From: an uncultured Candidatus Sumerlaeota bacterium
GTDB lineage: Bacteria; Sumerlaeota; Sumerlaeia; SLMS01; CAYUNT01
DNA length: 64,000 nucleotides
Assembly (NCBI GenBank): GCA_964446285.1
Contig: CAYUNT010000002.1
Span: 32-64,031, forward strand
Direction of reading: 5' to 3'
In this document: one piece after another, positions 19,113 to 29,771 of the stretch
Numbering within the stretch: the stretch's first letter is position 1
How the letters are laid out: every line of letters begins with the position of its first letter
Made by a program: the position numbers and the translations under genes
Notes under the pieces: generated by a model
The model's input: only the letters and a program-made list of their open reading frames with translations
Told to the model about the DNA's origin: nothing
The model's database searches: none

Positions 19113-19520
19113 CTATTCGGGCGGCGGCGCGGGGCGCAGCCAGGCGAGCGTCGCGCCCCATCCGCCGCGGCCGGCGGGCGCTTCGGCAAAGCGCTCGACC
19201 AGCGGATGGCGGCGCAGAATATCGTGAACCTGGCGGCGGATTTCGCCGATGCCGCGGCCATGAATGATGCGCACTTCGCGGAATCCGCGCGCGGCGGCCT
19301 GTTCGAGATACTCTTCCACCACGGCGCGCACATCGCGCGGGGCGAAAAAGTGCAAGTCGATGGCGTCCTCGATAGGCACCTCGACTATTTCTTCTTCGCC
19401 AGAATCCGCCGCATCCGGTCCATTTGCCTGAACCGGCGTTTCCTCTTGGCCGGGAGCGCGCTTGGCGTCTTCGATGCCGGAGTTTGGGTCAGACGCAGGT
19501 TGGAAAAAGGGAATCCGCAT
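19113..19520 (-). CDS. Stand-alone Smr domain protein
   Basis: IDLHFF, EEYLEQA...GFREVRIIHGRGIG, GGWGAT. Confidence 0.9.
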   Translation of the reverse strand: MRIPFFQPASDPNSGIEDAKRAPGQEETPVQANGPDAADSGEEEIVEVPIEDAIDLHFFAPRDVRAVVEEYLEQAAARGFREVRIIHGRGIGEIRRQVHDILRRHPLVERFAEAPAGRGGWGATLAWLRPAPPPE

Positions 19521-19585
19521 AGGCAGAACTGATTCTCAGGGACTGACTCTCGGGGATTCTCGGGGACGGCAAGCTTATTGCGATG

Positions 19586-19921
19586 CTATCGTTGCTCGTG
19601 TTCTTCGGGCGATGGGCTGCCGAAGGCATTTGCCGCGCGCTGCTGCCATCGCACTGGGTCTCGTCTGAGATGCATGATGCCACCGACCAAGACATGATCG
19701 CCACGAACCTGATAAAGGACCCCGTATGGGAAACGGTCGGTAAGGCATCGACGCGAACGAAGGGAAAACACAGGCCACGCAGCGGGGTGATTCCGAATGC
19801 GCTCGAAAGCACGCTGCACCTCAGCGGCGAACTTGTATCCGAGGCCAGGGCATTGGCTGTTAAAATAGTCAACGGCCTCAGCCAACTCCGCCTCGGCACA
19901 AGACAAAACAAGGACCTTCAT
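19586..19921 (-). CDS. Type II toxin, RelE/ParE family
   Basis: AEAELAEAVDYFNSQCPGLG..F, RRCLTDRFPYGVLY, IMHLRRDP..W; overlaps the antitoxin stop (ATGA). Confidence 0.88.
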   Translation of the reverse strand: MKVLVLSCAEAELAEAVDYFNSQCPGLGYKFAAEVQRAFERIRNHPAAWPVFSLRSRRCLTDRFPYGVLYQVRGDHVLVGGIMHLRRDPVRWQQRAANAFGSPSPEEHEQR

Positions 19922-20142
19922 CTCCGATTGATCCTTGCCAGAACTTCTTCCGCCGGAGAGGCCGTGATTTTGCCCGATTCGTATGCGTCAATTCGTGATT
20001 CGACCTCCCTTGACCACGCCTCGTCCGCACGGCGGTCTGCGGACGGATCGAAACTTTGGAACAGCCTCTCGATTAGTTCCGCCCTATCCACCGGAGGCAG
20101 CCCCAAGGCTTCTTTCAGAACTTGCTCTGCCGTGGCGTTCAT
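19918..20142 (-). CDS. Addiction-module antitoxin
   Basis: EALGLPPVDRAELIERLFQS...DEAWSREVESRIDAYESG...EEVLARI; AGGAGAGG RBS before ATG 20142. Confidence 0.88.
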   Translation of the reverse strand: MNATAEQVLKEALGLPPVDRAELIERLFQSFDPSADRRADEAWSREVESRIDAYESGKITASPAEEVLARINRR

Positions 20143-20202
20143 GGGCCTCTCCTGAACAGACATTCCGTTGCGCTAATAACTCGCCTGCAAGGCGATCTTG
20201 CG

Positions 20203-21108
20203 TTAATCCACGACTTTGTTCAGAGGATATTCGACAATGCCCGCGGCGCCGGCGCGTTTAAGCGCCGGAATCAACTCGCGCACGGTTTTCTCGGGCAAAA
20301 TGCTCTCGACCGCTACCCATTCGGGATCGTGCAGCGGCGAAACGGTCGGCGAGGTCAGCGCAGGCAGCAGCGACAGTATCTCATCAAGCGAGGCTTTCGG
20401 GGCGTTCATCTTCACCCCGACCCGCTCTTCGGCCGCGATGGCGGCTCGCAGCAGCAGCGCAATGTTCTCGATCTTCTCGCGTTTCCAGGGATCGGCCCAT
20501 GCTGCGCGGTTCGCAATGAGTTTCGTCCACGACTCCAGCACCGTGTCCACGATGCGGAGTTTGTTCGCCCGCAGCGACGACCCGGTTTCCGTCACTTCGA
20601 CAATGGCATCCACCAACTCGGGGGCTTTCACCTCGGTGGCGCCCCACGAAAACTCGACCTCGGCGCGCACGCCGTGGCGTTCGAGGTAATCGCGGGTGAG
20701 ATTGACGGCCTCGGTGGCGATGCGCCGCCCTTCCAAATCGCGCACGCCGCGGATGTCCGAATCCTCGGGCACGGCCAGCACCCATCGCACGGGGCGCATC
20801 GAGGCCTTGCTGTAGATCAGATCGGCGACTTCCACAACTTGGGCGCGGTTTTCGCGAATCCAATCGAGGCCGGTCAGACCCGCGTCGAACACGCCTTGCT
20901 CGACGTATCGCGCCATTTCCTGCGCGCGGATCAGCAGCGCTTTGATTTCGGCGTCGTCGCAGTCGGCCTTGTAAGAGCGCTCGCCGATGCGGAACGAATA
21001 GCCCGCCTTGCGGAAAAGCGCGATTGTGGCCTCTTGGAGCGACCCTTTGGGCAGCCCGAGGCGGAGAGATTTGGGGGTATCGGCGCTGGAAGATTCGCTC
21101 ATTCGCAT
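20203..21108 (-). CDS. hisG: ATP phosphoribosyltransferase (long form)
   Basis: [57 protein letters not shown]; C-terminal regulatory domain. Confidence 0.96.
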   Translation of the reverse strand: MRMSESSSADTPKSLRLGLPKGSLQEATIALFRKAGYSFRIGERSYKADCDDAEIKALLIRAQEMARYVEQGVFDAGLTGLDWIRENRAQVVEVADLIYSKASMRPVRWVLAVPEDSDIRGVRDLEGRRIATEAVNLTRDYLERHGVRAEVEFSWGATEVKAPELVDAIVEVTETGSSLRANKLRIVDTVLESWTKLIANRAAWADPWKREKIENIALLLRAAIAAEERVGVKMNAPKASLDEILSLLPALTSPTVSPLHDPEWVAVESILPEKTVRELIPALKRAGAAGIVEYPLNKVVD

Positions 21109-21112
21109 TTCC

Positions 21113-22663
21113 TTATTTGGATTGGCCGGAGGAAACGGCGGCGGTCGCGTTTTCGCCGGTCACGGAGGCATTGAAAGGATCAAACGGCCCCCGGTCACGC
21201 AGCGGAAGGTCCGAGTGGCCCATGAGATACGTGTCGATGTGGTGGGCGGCCTCGCGGCCTTCGTAAATGGCCCAGACAACCAGCGATTGCCCAAAGCGCG
21301 CGTCGCCCGCCGTGAAGACCTTATCGACGCTCGTTTTGTAATCCGTTCCGGCCCGGATGTTGCCGCGCGCGTCGTAAGCCACGCCCAGATCGTCAAGCAA
21401 ACCGTTGTGTTCGACGTGCACATATCCCATCGCCAACAGGACGAGATCAGCGGCGACCGTGAACTCGCTGCCCGGGATTTCTTTGAACGACCGGCGGCCC
21501 GAGGCGTCCGGCTCGCTCCATTCGATGCGCACGGCGTGGAGTTTTTCGACGCGTCCATCGCGCCCGCTCAGGGATTTGGTCAGGATGCTCCAATCGCGCA
21601 GGCCGCCTTCTTCATGGGCGGTTGAGGAGCGCAGGATGTTTGGCCAATGAGGCCATGTGTTGGGCGCTGGCTCGTCGGGCGGGCACGGGAGAAGTTCGAA
21701 CTGGCGGATTTCCGCCGCGCCCTGGCGCAACGCCGTGCCCAGGCAATCCGCGCCCGTATCTCCCCCGCCGAGGATGACGACATGTTTGCCTGTCGCCATA
21801 AGCGACCGGACGCCGCCGCCGACGATGCCTCCGACAGGTCCACCCAAGTCGTCGCCCGCCACGCGGCGGTTTTGCTGTTCGAGGAATTCCATCGCAAAAT
21901 GCACGCCATCGAGTTCGCGCCCGGGCACATCGAGGTCGCGCGGACGGCGCGAACCCATCGTCAGGCACACGGCGTCGTATTGCGCGAGCAGATCGCGCGC
22001 CGGCACATCGCGCCCGACGTGGCACGAGCGCACAAACCGCACGCCTTCCGCGACCATCTGGTCGATGCGCCGCTGGACGATGTGTTTTTCGAGCTTGAAA
22101 TCGGGAATGCCGAACATGAGCAATCCGCCGACGCGATTGTCCTTTTCATAGACAGTCACGTCGTGCCCGGCGCGGGTGAGTTGTTGCGCGCAAGCCAGCC
22201 CGGCCGGCCCCGCCCCAACCACGGCCACCTTGCGCCCTGTGCGGCGCGCGGGCGGCTGCGGGCGGATCCAGCCCTCGGCGAAGGCGTGTTCGACGATTGT
22301 AAGTTCAATGTTTTTGATGGTGACCGGCGTCCGCGGCAGGTTCAGAACGCACGCCTGCTCGCACGGCGCCGGACACACGCGCCCCGTGAACTCGGGAAAA
22401 TTGTTTGTCGAATGCAGTTGGTCTATCGCCTCGCGCCAGCGGTTGCGATATACGAGATCGTTCCAGTCCGGGATCAGGTTCCCCAGCGGGCAGCCCGAAA
22501 GGCAAAAAGGGATGCCGCATTCCATGCAGCGGGCGCCCTGCTGGCGAATCTGGTCTTCCGGCATTGCGATGGGAATTTCTTTCCAGTCCTGAATCCGCTC
22601 CTCGACAGGGCGGTAGGAAGGAGTTTGGCGGTCGATTTCCAAAAAACCGGTTGGCTTGCCCAT
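21113..22663 (-). CDS. gltD: Glutamate synthase small (beta) subunit
   Basis: [76 protein letters not shown]. Confidence 0.95.
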   Translation of the reverse strand: MGKPTGFLEIDRQTPSYRPVEERIQDWKEIPIAMPEDQIRQQGARCMECGIPFCLSGCPLGNLIPDWNDLVYRNRWREAIDQLHSTNNFPEFTGRVCPAPCEQACVLNLPRTPVTIKNIELTIVEHAFAEGWIRPQPPARRTGRKVAVVGAGPAGLACAQQLTRAGHDVTVYEKDNRVGGLLMFGIPDFKLEKHIVQRRIDQMVAEGVRFVRSCHVGRDVPARDLLAQYDAVCLTMGSRRPRDLDVPGRELDGVHFAMEFLEQQNRRVAGDDLGGPVGGIVGGGVRSLMATGKHVVILGGGDTGADCLGTALRQGAAEIRQFELLPCPPDEPAPNTWPHWPNILRSSTAHEEGGLRDWSILTKSLSGRDGRVEKLHAVRIEWSEPDASGRRSFKEIPGSEFTVAADLVLLAMGYVHVEHNGLLDDLGVAYDARGNIRAGTDYKTSVDKVFTAGDARFGQSLVVWAIYEGREAAHHIDTYLMGHSDLPLRDRGPFDPFNASVTGENATAAVSSGQSK

Positions 22664-22707
22664 AAGATACTTCATCCAAAAGATAGGCGGTCTGCGCTTG
22701 GGGTTGG

Positions 22708-22839
22708 CGCGGCTGGCGCTAAGGCTCGCAAAGGCCTGAAGAGCGAGTGCGGAGCCTCGCGATCCCACTGCGACGCGGCTGGCGCTAAGGCCCGCAAAGG
22801 CCTGAAGAGCGAGTGCGGAGCCTCGCGATCCCACTGCGG
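22708..22839. repeat. Two 66-bp tandem direct repeats, each carrying REP-like family B (GCGAGTGCGGAGCCTCGCGATCCCA)
   Basis: Units start at 22708 and 22774 and are nearly identical; core also at 56836-56860 (reverse), 57347-57371 and 63013-63037. Confidence 0.85.
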
Positions 22840-23252
22840 CGCGGTCCGCGCCTGGAGAGGCGCAATGGCCGTTTCGCGGCTTTCCTCCGGCCTGGGCGGC
22901 CTTTTGCGCGCCGCTCCTGGCCAATCCACAAACGTTCTTTCTATCGGGCCGCCTCACGCGGATCAACGGTTTGTTGATCAGCGGCGGCGACTCGGGAGTT
23001 GACTTTCCCGGACGCCAATCGGAGCGTTTCCAACTGCGCGCCCTGACCTTGTCGCAATCCACCCTTGGGAAAGAACCGGAAAGCAACCCGAGAGAAGAAA
23101 AGGACGAAAACGACCCCAAGAACCTAAACGATAAATAAGGGCAAGAGAACCGCTGAAAAACTACCCCCCACTGACCACTGACCACTGCCCGCTTCTTCTT
23201 TCACAACTCTCAACTCATCCCCCCAAACTCGCTCTCCCCGGAGGCCCCGTTC

Positions 23253-23720
23253 ATGGACATCAGCAAGCATTTCCAAATCATGCTCGATTACGAAATGCGT
23301 GCAAACCGGGCGATGCTCGATGCGATGGAAGCCGCCGTCTCTCCTCCCGAGCGCGCCGTGGCGTTTTTTGCCCACATCCTGGCGGCGCGCGAACTATGGA
23401 TCAAACGTCTGCGCCACGAATCCACAGATGGTTTCGATCCGTTTCCGGCCTGGACCCTCGCCGAGCAACGCGCGCGTATGGAAAAGATCGACGCGACCTG
23501 GAAGGAATTGACCGCTCAATTCGACTGGGCGCGCATCGAAGAGCCTGTGGAATACACCGACACGCGCGGCGGACGCTGGCGCACGCGGCTCTACGATGCT
23601 TTGTCGAATCTTGTCACGCATTCGGCATATCATCGCGGCCAGATCGCGATTCTTCTGCGGCATTTTGGCGCCGATCCTCCTGTCGTGGATTATTTGTATT
23701 TCCAGCGCGAACGGCTCTGA
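23253..23720 (+). CDS. DinB family protein
   Basis: YEMRANRAML, FAHILAARELWIKRL, VEYTDTRG, LVTHSAYHRGQIA..LR..G..PP..DY. Confidence 0.9.
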   Translation: MDISKHFQIMLDYEMRANRAMLDAMEAAVSPPERAVAFFAHILAARELWIKRLRHESTDGFDPFPAWTLAEQRARMEKIDATWKELTAQFDWARIEEPVEYTDTRGGRWRTRLYDALSNLVTHSAYHRGQIAILLRHFGADPPVVDYLYFQRERL

Positions 23721-23811
23721 GCGCTCCCGGTGGCCAATTGCGGGGGCAGTGAGGATTCCGGCGCGAGAGACGCCAAAAATCTGTGTGATTGAAAAGAAAA
23801 AGAAGGGCCTG

Positions 23812-24276
23812 ATGAAGATGAGGCGAATGGACCGGGTTATGGAGGAAAAGGACGCCATCGAACTCCTGAGAAAGGGCGAATGGGGTGTATTGTCCACCGC
23901 GGACTCCAAGGGCCAGCCCTATGGCGTCCCGATGAATTATGCGCTGGAAAACGGCTATATCTATCTGCACTGCGCGGCCGCGGGAGGACATCGTTTGGAG
24001 GCCATTTCGAAAAAGGCCAAAGTCTGTTTTACGGTGGTCGGAAACACTGAAGTGCTGCCCGAGAAATTTTCCACCCGCTACGAAAGCGTCATCGTATTCG
24101 GAAAAGCGGCTCTGGTGGAAACGGATGAAGAGAAAATGGCGGCGCTCATGGCGTTTCTCCGCAAATACAGCGCGGATTTCATGGATGAGGGCGTTGCCTA
24201 CATCCACAGAGACATGTCAAAGACGGCCATAATCCGCGTGACGCTCGACCAAGTAACCGGCAAGAGAAGGCCCTAG
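23812..24276 (+). CDS. Pyridoxamine 5'-phosphate oxidase-like flavin-binding protein (NimA-like)
   Basis: MRRMDR, WGVLST...GQPYGVPMNY, IYLHCA..G, KVCFTVV, FSTRYESVIVFG, VTGKR. Confidence 0.9.
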   Translation: MKMRRMDRVMEEKDAIELLRKGEWGVLSTADSKGQPYGVPMNYALENGYIYLHCAAAGGHRLEAISKKAKVCFTVVGNTEVLPEKFSTRYESVIVFGKAALVETDEEKMAALMAFLRKYSADFMDEGVAYIHRDMSKTAIIRVTLDQVTGKRRP

Positions 24277-24512
24277 GGCAGTGGACATGGCGGACACACG
24301 GACATTCGGATAGGAATGGTCCCTTTGCATGGCGCCCGGCCCTGTTGGACCCAAACGGAAAATTAATGCGCGGCAAAAGGGAAGGAATTGACGCCCCTCC
24401 GCCGCGATGCTAATGCCCTTGCCGCCTTCGCCGGGATGGCCCATACTTCTGGGCGAAGGGGCGGCGGTGGCCAGATTCGCTTCGCGCCGCCCAGTCAAGA
24501 AAGGCGCAGTTC

Positions 24513-25310
24513 ATGATTTCCCTGCCGCTTCCGGTTGATCCTTCGACAAACGATTCCTTCGCCAGTGGCGCGCCCTTCGCCGTTCTGTTCGACAGCGACG
24601 GCGTCGTGGTGGACAGCGAGCAAATCAGCCTGGTGGCATTTCGCCAGGCGACCGAAGAATTTATTGGCGCGCCGCTTCCCGAGGATGAAATCGAGGCGGC
24701 GTGCGGATTGCGCGACGCTGACATTGTGGCGCGAATGGCGCGGCGTTTCGGAGTGGCGGTGGACATCGAGGCATACAAAGACCGCAAGGCGTCTTTGTAT
24801 CGTTATTACGCCGAAGAAAAATCCGTTCATGCCTTCGCCGGAGTGCGCGAATTGCTCGATCATTTGTCCGAGCAGCGCATCCCCTACGCGCTGGCTTCGT
24901 CCGGCCCTCGCTGGAAAATCGAATACAACCTGGCTGCGGCGAATTTGAGGCATTTGTTCCCCGTGGCTGTGAGCGGCGAAGAAGTGGAACGCGGAAAGCC
25001 CGAGCCGGACGTCTTCATCGAGGCGGCGCGGCGCGTCGGAATGGATCCACGTCGTTGCGTGGTGATCGAAGACAGCGTCAATGGCGTTCGGGCGGCGCGC
25101 GCGGCGGGAATGGCCTGCATGGCCGTTACAAACACCTTCGCGCCCTTCCAACTCCACCAGGCCGACCGCATTGTGGAATCGCTCGAACGAATCACGGCGG
25201 ATGACCTGGGGCGGCTTGTGTTCGATAAAAATTTACGGCGCGCCATGCCGTCGGACGCGGCTCTGGCGGCGCCTCTCGCGGTCAAAACCCGCGTCAAAGT
25301 GCTGAATTAA
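24513..25310 (+). CDS. HAD-superfamily hydrolase (beta-phosphoglucomutase-like)
   Basis: LFDSDGVVVDSE, LASSG, GKPEPDVF, VIEDSVNGVRAARAAGM. Confidence 0.9.
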   Translation: MISLPLPVDPSTNDSFASGAPFAVLFDSDGVVVDSEQISLVAFRQATEEFIGAPLPEDEIEAACGLRDADIVARMARRFGVAVDIEAYKDRKASLYRYYAEEKSVHAFAGVRELLDHLSEQRIPYALASSGPRWKIEYNLAAANLRHLFPVAVSGEEVERGKPEPDVFIEAARRVGMDPRRCVVIEDSVNGVRAARAAGMACMAVTNTFAPFQLHQADRIVESLERITADDLGRLVFDKNLRRAMPSDAALAAPLAVKTRVKVLN

Positions 25311-25384
25311 CCTGCAATAACGAAAATCACCCGCAACGGTGGCGGCAAAAATCGCACCCGCAATGCTTCCCTGCGGCTTAGCGG

Positions 25385-26695
25385 CTAGGTATTCGACACC
25401 GGGAGCCGGATTTGAAATATGGTTCCGTGCTCTGGCGAACTGTGCAGGCAAACCGTGCCTTTGTGGTCCTCGATGACTTTCCTTACCACAGACAATCCCA
25501 ATCCTGTGCCTTTCGATCCTTTTGTTGTGAAAAATGGCTCAAAAATGTGGCCCAATATATGATCGGGAATGCCTGGCCCGTCGTCGATGACCTCAATAAC
25601 GGCGGCATCGGCATTTGTTCCCGCGCACGCATTTGCGTTTCCCCCCCCGGCCGTCCCTGCGGATTTTTCACCGCGGTTCTGCATCAGGCGCGTGCGAATC
25701 ATCACGCGCGAACCTCGATGATTCGAGCAGGCGTCGAGCGCATTGGTCACCAGGTTCAGAACCGCATCGGCAATTGCCATGCGATCCAGCAGCAACGGGG
25801 GGAGCGCGGGATCGAGTTCGCAATCCAATTCCACCTTGTGATCCGTTGCGGAGGCGGCGCATTCCTCCACAATCTCGCGCACGATCGTATTCAAATCCTC
25901 GGGCGCGATTTCCAGGGTCTGCGCCTTCGAGAATGCCAGCATATCCTTGATTAGCGTTACGATCCGGCTCTTGCTGCGTTCGAAGATCGGAAAACTTTCC
26001 GCGATCATTTCCTGATTGCCCATTTGAATGCCCGTTCGGATCAGGCTGACCGATCCCTCGATGCCCGTGAGGACATTTTTAATGTAATGGGCAATGCCCG
26101 CGATGGCGACACCGAGGGCGGCCAGGCGTTCATTTTGGAGGTTTTTCTCGATCAGGCGCGCGTTTTCGATCGCGAGTCCGGCCTGGCGGGCAAAAATCTG
26201 AAGGATTTTCGCATCCTCGCCCGAGAAGTGTTCACGCCCCACTGTGTTCACCACTTCAAGAACGCCAATCAGCGTCTCATTGCGTCCGATCATGGGCGCG
26301 GCGATGAGGTTGCGCGTGGTGAACGCTGTCTTGTCATCTGCCTTTTTCGAGTGGCGCGGATCGGTGGCGGCGTTTTCGCTTATGACAATCTCGCGTTTTT
26401 GCGCGCACAGCCCGGCCACGCCTTCGCCCATCGCAAGCCGGACAGGCTTGATGCGCTCGCCCGCCTCGCCGAGCGCCACTTCGAAAAACAAATCGTTGCG
26501 CTCGGGATCGTAAAGCAAAAGCGACGATCCCTCGGCCCGCATCAGCGATTTGCTTTCGGCCATGATGAGTTCAAGGAGTTCGCCCAGGCGGTTCACGGCG
26601 GAAATCATGCCGCTCAGACGGTAGAGCGCGTCGAGATAGCGGGTTTCCGCCTCGCAAACCGCCGCGTTCTCGGGTTGGGAATGGGCTTCACTCAT
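25385..26695 (-). CDS. GAF-domain sensor histidine kinase (cytoplasmic, orphan)
   Basis: GAF (GEGVAG, FTTRNLIAAPM, IGVLEVVN); H-box AGIAHYIKNVL; NLVTNALDA, DDGPGI, FEPFFTTK, GTGLGL. Confidence 0.93.
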   Translation of the reverse strand: MSEAHSQPENAAVCEAETRYLDALYRLSGMISAVNRLGELLELIMAESKSLMRAEGSSLLLYDPERNDLFFEVALGEAGERIKPVRLAMGEGVAGLCAQKREIVISENAATDPRHSKKADDKTAFTTRNLIAAPMIGRNETLIGVLEVVNTVGREHFSGEDAKILQIFARQAGLAIENARLIEKNLQNERLAALGVAIAGIAHYIKNVLTGIEGSVSLIRTGIQMGNQEMIAESFPIFERSKSRIVTLIKDMLAFSKAQTLEIAPEDLNTIVREIVEECAASATDHKVELDCELDPALPPLLLDRMAIADAVLNLVTNALDACSNHRGSRVMIRTRLMQNRGEKSAGTAGGGNANACAGTNADAAVIEVIDDGPGIPDHILGHIFEPFFTTKGSKGTGLGLSVVRKVIEDHKGTVCLHSSPEHGTIFQIRLPVSNT

Positions 26696-27045
26696 GATGG
26701 AACTCCGGATGCAAACGGTGATTCTTCCCCAAGAATTCCACGCGCCGCCAACTCATTGCGTTTGATTCCAAAGCACTTTCGCCCGGCCGCGCAAAGAACA
26801 AAACCGTTGCACAGCACAGTCTCATACAACATGGCAAGTATAGAACGCCGCAGGCCGGATGCCAATCCGGAATCTTGGCCAGCCGAAAGACTGCGGTAGC
26901 CGCGCCGGGAAATCGCCCTTGCCTGAACAGCCCGAAAGCCGATGTATTTGGAGCGGAGACGGTTTATTGGCGCTTCGTTTCGCGATGTATAAACAATAAG
27001 TCCTGCAATAAATGAGAAATCACTCTCCACAAGGGGCATGATGTG

Positions 27046-29592
27046 ATGCGCAAACCGGTTTGTTATGCCATCTGCCTGGAAGCGTTCCTGGCTCTGATTC
27101 TTGCTGGATGCACGCCGATGGGGCGGATGCTCGGACTGAAAGGGGCTTCCTCCGCCATGCAAACGCCGCCGGTCGTCGTGGACGCTCAGCCGCAAGGGGC
27201 GCTTTCGGGCGTTATTCTCTATTGCGGCGCGGGACATGGCTGGACGCTCGATTCCGCCGACCGCCGCCCCACCGACGGCGACAGCGGATGGTGGACGCAG
27301 CGCGGAATCACAAACGGCCTCGTCGAGGATTATGGCAATATCGACCAATTGAATCTCTTCGCTGAAATGGCTTGGCGCGCAGGGGCGACCATTGTTCCCT
27401 TCCGCCCGCTCGGACATCAGACGCGCGAAGTCGTGATGGACAACGGCGATCCGGGCGTGGAATTCAACGGCTTGTGGAGCGACGTCCACGCCTCTGTTTA
27501 TTATGGTAACGCAAACGACGCAGCGGGCTATAGGGTGGCGCCGGCCTCGGCGGATGCGGAAACGGCCACGGCCCGCTATACGCCCACGCTGTCCGAAGCG
27601 GGCATCTATCCCGTTTATACCTGGGCGGATTACGGCGCGGACCGCCTGCGCCGCCAGCGCTATCGCATTCGCCACACGGGCGGAGTTACCGAGGTGTTTG
27701 TGAATCATCGGCGCGTGGGGCGCGGATGGGTGTGGCTGGGGAATTACTTCTTCGAAGCGGGACGCGATGGGTATGTGGAAATCAGCAATCGCTGCGGCGC
27801 GGGAGATGGCGGCGTGGTCGTGGCGGATGCAATCCGGTTTGGCGTGGGCATGGGCGATGTGAATCGCGGCAGCGGCGTTTCAGGGCAGCCACGAGAATTG
27901 GAGGCGGCGCTTTACTGGATCGAACGGATGCTGGGCCAGGGCGCGCCCGGCGATGTTTGCGCCCGCACGAAATTCGACGATTACGACGCCAATGTGGGGT
28001 CGCCTGCCCGCATGTCGGCCTGGATGAACAACGAGGCCGATGGCGAGTATGCAGATCGCATCTATCTTGGATTCCATTCCAACGCAGGGCGCAATGGGTC
28101 GCTGCGCGGCGCATGGACGCTGTTCAACAACGAATACACAACGACGGATCAGGAACGCTATGCGCAGGTGGTTTGCGAGGAAATCGAAAATGAAATGGAG
28201 CGTCTCGACGAGGGAGTTGCCTTTCCCGAGGACTGGAATTCCACGCTGAAAGTCAAGGTATATGGCTCGAATTACGGCGAAATCCGCTCGGGTTACAACA
28301 ATAACGAAATGAACGCAACAATCGCCGAGGTGGCCTTCCACGATAACGCCCCGGACGCGGAGATATTGAAGGATCCGAAGGCGCGGCGCGTGATGGCGCG
28401 CGCGGCGCTTCGCGGCGTGATCCGCTACTTGAACGAGGCGTCGAAAGGGCGCGTGCCGGCGGCGTATCCGCCCGATGCGCCAACGCACCTCCGCGTGAAA
28501 GGCGCCGGCGGCGGAAAGGCTGTCCTATCCTGGAAAGCCCCCGAGCGCGGCACTGCGGCGGCGGAAGGCGATCCCCCCGCAGGGTATGTAGTGTATCGCT
28601 CGGAAGACGGGCGCGGATTCGCGGCGGCGGCCCGCATCGAAGGCGGCGAAACCACGCAAGCGCGCATCCAGATCGGACGCGCCCGCGCAGGTTCCGGCGC
28701 GGGAAAAGCGGGGGGAACGGTGTTTTTCCGCGTGGCGGCTTGGAATTCGGGCGGTGAATCCGATCCGTCGCCTGTCGTGGCGGTTCGCAACAGCGGCCAG
28801 GGCCGGGGGCGGCGCGCGCTGATCGTGGATGGCTTCGACCGCCAGGACGCCGGGCAGTCGCCGATTGTCGAAGTGGCGTCGCACCTCGGCAGCACCTCGG
28901 GCGGCGGCGGGCGCTTCGCGATTCTGCGGCCCGAACGCATGAATCCGCGCAACAGCACAGTGGCGCACGCGATCGCGCTGGCGGATAACGAAATGGATTT
29001 CGATTCGTGCGAAAGCGCCGCAGTCTCCGCTGGCCTCGTTTCGCCGCGCGACTACGCCCTTGTGGCATGGGCCTGCGGGACGGACGGCCCGGCAGGCGGC
29101 CACTCGCTCGACGAACGCGAACTGGCGATATTGCGCGAATTTGTCGAAAGCGGCGGCGCGCTTTTGCTCAGCGGTTCGGAAATCGGATCGGCCCTGTCGA
29201 AGGCAAAAGGCAGCGGCGCGGAGTTTTCCCGAGATATTCTAAAATCGGAATACAAAGCCACCCTTCCGGGAGCATCGCGCGCGGCCGGCGTGTCCGGTTC
29301 TGTATTCGAGGGCGTGAGCGAATTTGGATTTGGCGCCGCTCAGGAGCCTGGGACGTTCGAGACGCCCGCGTGCGATTGGATCAGCCCGTTGCCAGGAGCG
29401 CGGGCGGCCTTGAAATTCGCCGGTGAAATCACCGCGCCCGGAGAAGGCGCGGCGGCCATTCAGGCGGAGGTGGGCGAAAAGGGCCGCGTGCTGTATCTGG
29501 CATTTCCATTCGAGGCGTCGGGACCGCGCGAAACCCGCGCCCTGCTGATGGCGCTGGCCTTGAATGATTTCCTGCTGCGCGCGCCCCGCTGA
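27046..29592 (+). CDS. Lipoprotein N-acetylmuramoyl-L-alanine amidase-like protein with inserted beta-sandwich, FN3 and C-terminal alpha/beta domain
   Basis: Lipobox LILAGC; Amidase_3-type ligands GAGHG, GLVED, LGFHSNA, AEVAFHD; WVWLGNYFF..G...VVVADAIRFG insert; FN3-like PDAPTHL..LSWKAP..GYVVYRS..FRVAAWNSGGES. Confidence 0.78.
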   Translation: MRKPVCYAICLEAFLALILAGCTPMGRMLGLKGASSAMQTPPVVVDAQPQGALSGVILYCGAGHGWTLDSADRRPTDGDSGWWTQRGITNGLVEDYGNIDQLNLFAEMAWRAGATIVPFRPLGHQTREVVMDNGDPGVEFNGLWSDVHASVYYGNANDAAGYRVAPASADAETATARYTPTLSEAGIYPVYTWADYGADRLRRQRYRIRHTGGVTEVFVNHRRVGRGWVWLGNYFFEAGRDGYVEISNRCGAGDGGVVVADAIRFGVGMGDVNRGSGVSGQPRELEAALYWIERMLGQGAPGDVCARTKFDDYDANVGSPARMSAWMNNEADGEYADRIYLGFHSNAGRNGSLRGAWTLFNNEYTTTDQERYAQVVCEEIENEMERLDEGVAFPEDWNSTLKVKVYGSNYGEIRSGYNNNEMNATIAEVAFHDNAPDAEILKDPKARRVMARAALRGVIRYLNEASKGRVPAAYPPDAPTHLRVKGAGGGKAVLSWKAPERGTAAAEGDPPAGYVVYRSEDGRGFAAAARIEGGETTQARIQIGRARAGSGAGKAGGTVFFRVAAWNSGGESDPSPVVAVRNSGQGRGRRALIVDGFDRQDAGQSPIVEVASHLGSTSGGGGRFAILRPERMNPRNSTVAHAIALADNEMDFDSCESAAVSAGLVSPRDYALVAWACGTDGPAGGHSLDERELAILREFVESGGALLLSGSEIGSALSKAKGSGAEFSRDILKSEYKATLPGASRAAGVSGSVFEGVSEFGFGAAQEPGTFETPACDWISPLPGARAALKFAGEITAPGEGAAAIQAEVGEKGRVLYLAFPFEASGPRETRALLMALALNDFLLRAPR

Positions 29593-29771
29593 CGCCCGCG
29601 CCAATGCCGATAGAAGAAATGCGCTTGCCTTGGCGGCCCTCAAGCGGGCAAGTCTGTTAAGAATAATTAAGGGCAGGCTTTTGGGCAGGCCCCTTTTTCA
29701 TTTGCCGCTGTTGTTTTTGGCGGCAGCCTTATTCCCCCACGGCATCGTCTGAATTCGAGTTCTCCGGACAC

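Noticed and set aside
20165-20210. Integron attC site next to the ParE toxin-antitoxin pair
   Set aside because: The TAAC...GTTA span is too short, the core sites do not fit RYYYAAC/GTTRRRY, and no integrase is present.
22708-22839. Possible CRISPR array (66-bp period)
   Set aside because: Only two units, the would-be spacers are nearly identical, no cas genes are present, and the core is a dispersed REP-like repeat.
22664-23185. N-terminal extensions given by the ORF track for gltD (also proB, obgE, ROK and 16430-18661)
   Set aside because: They run through repeats or neighbouring genes; family-typical N-termini begin at downstream starts.
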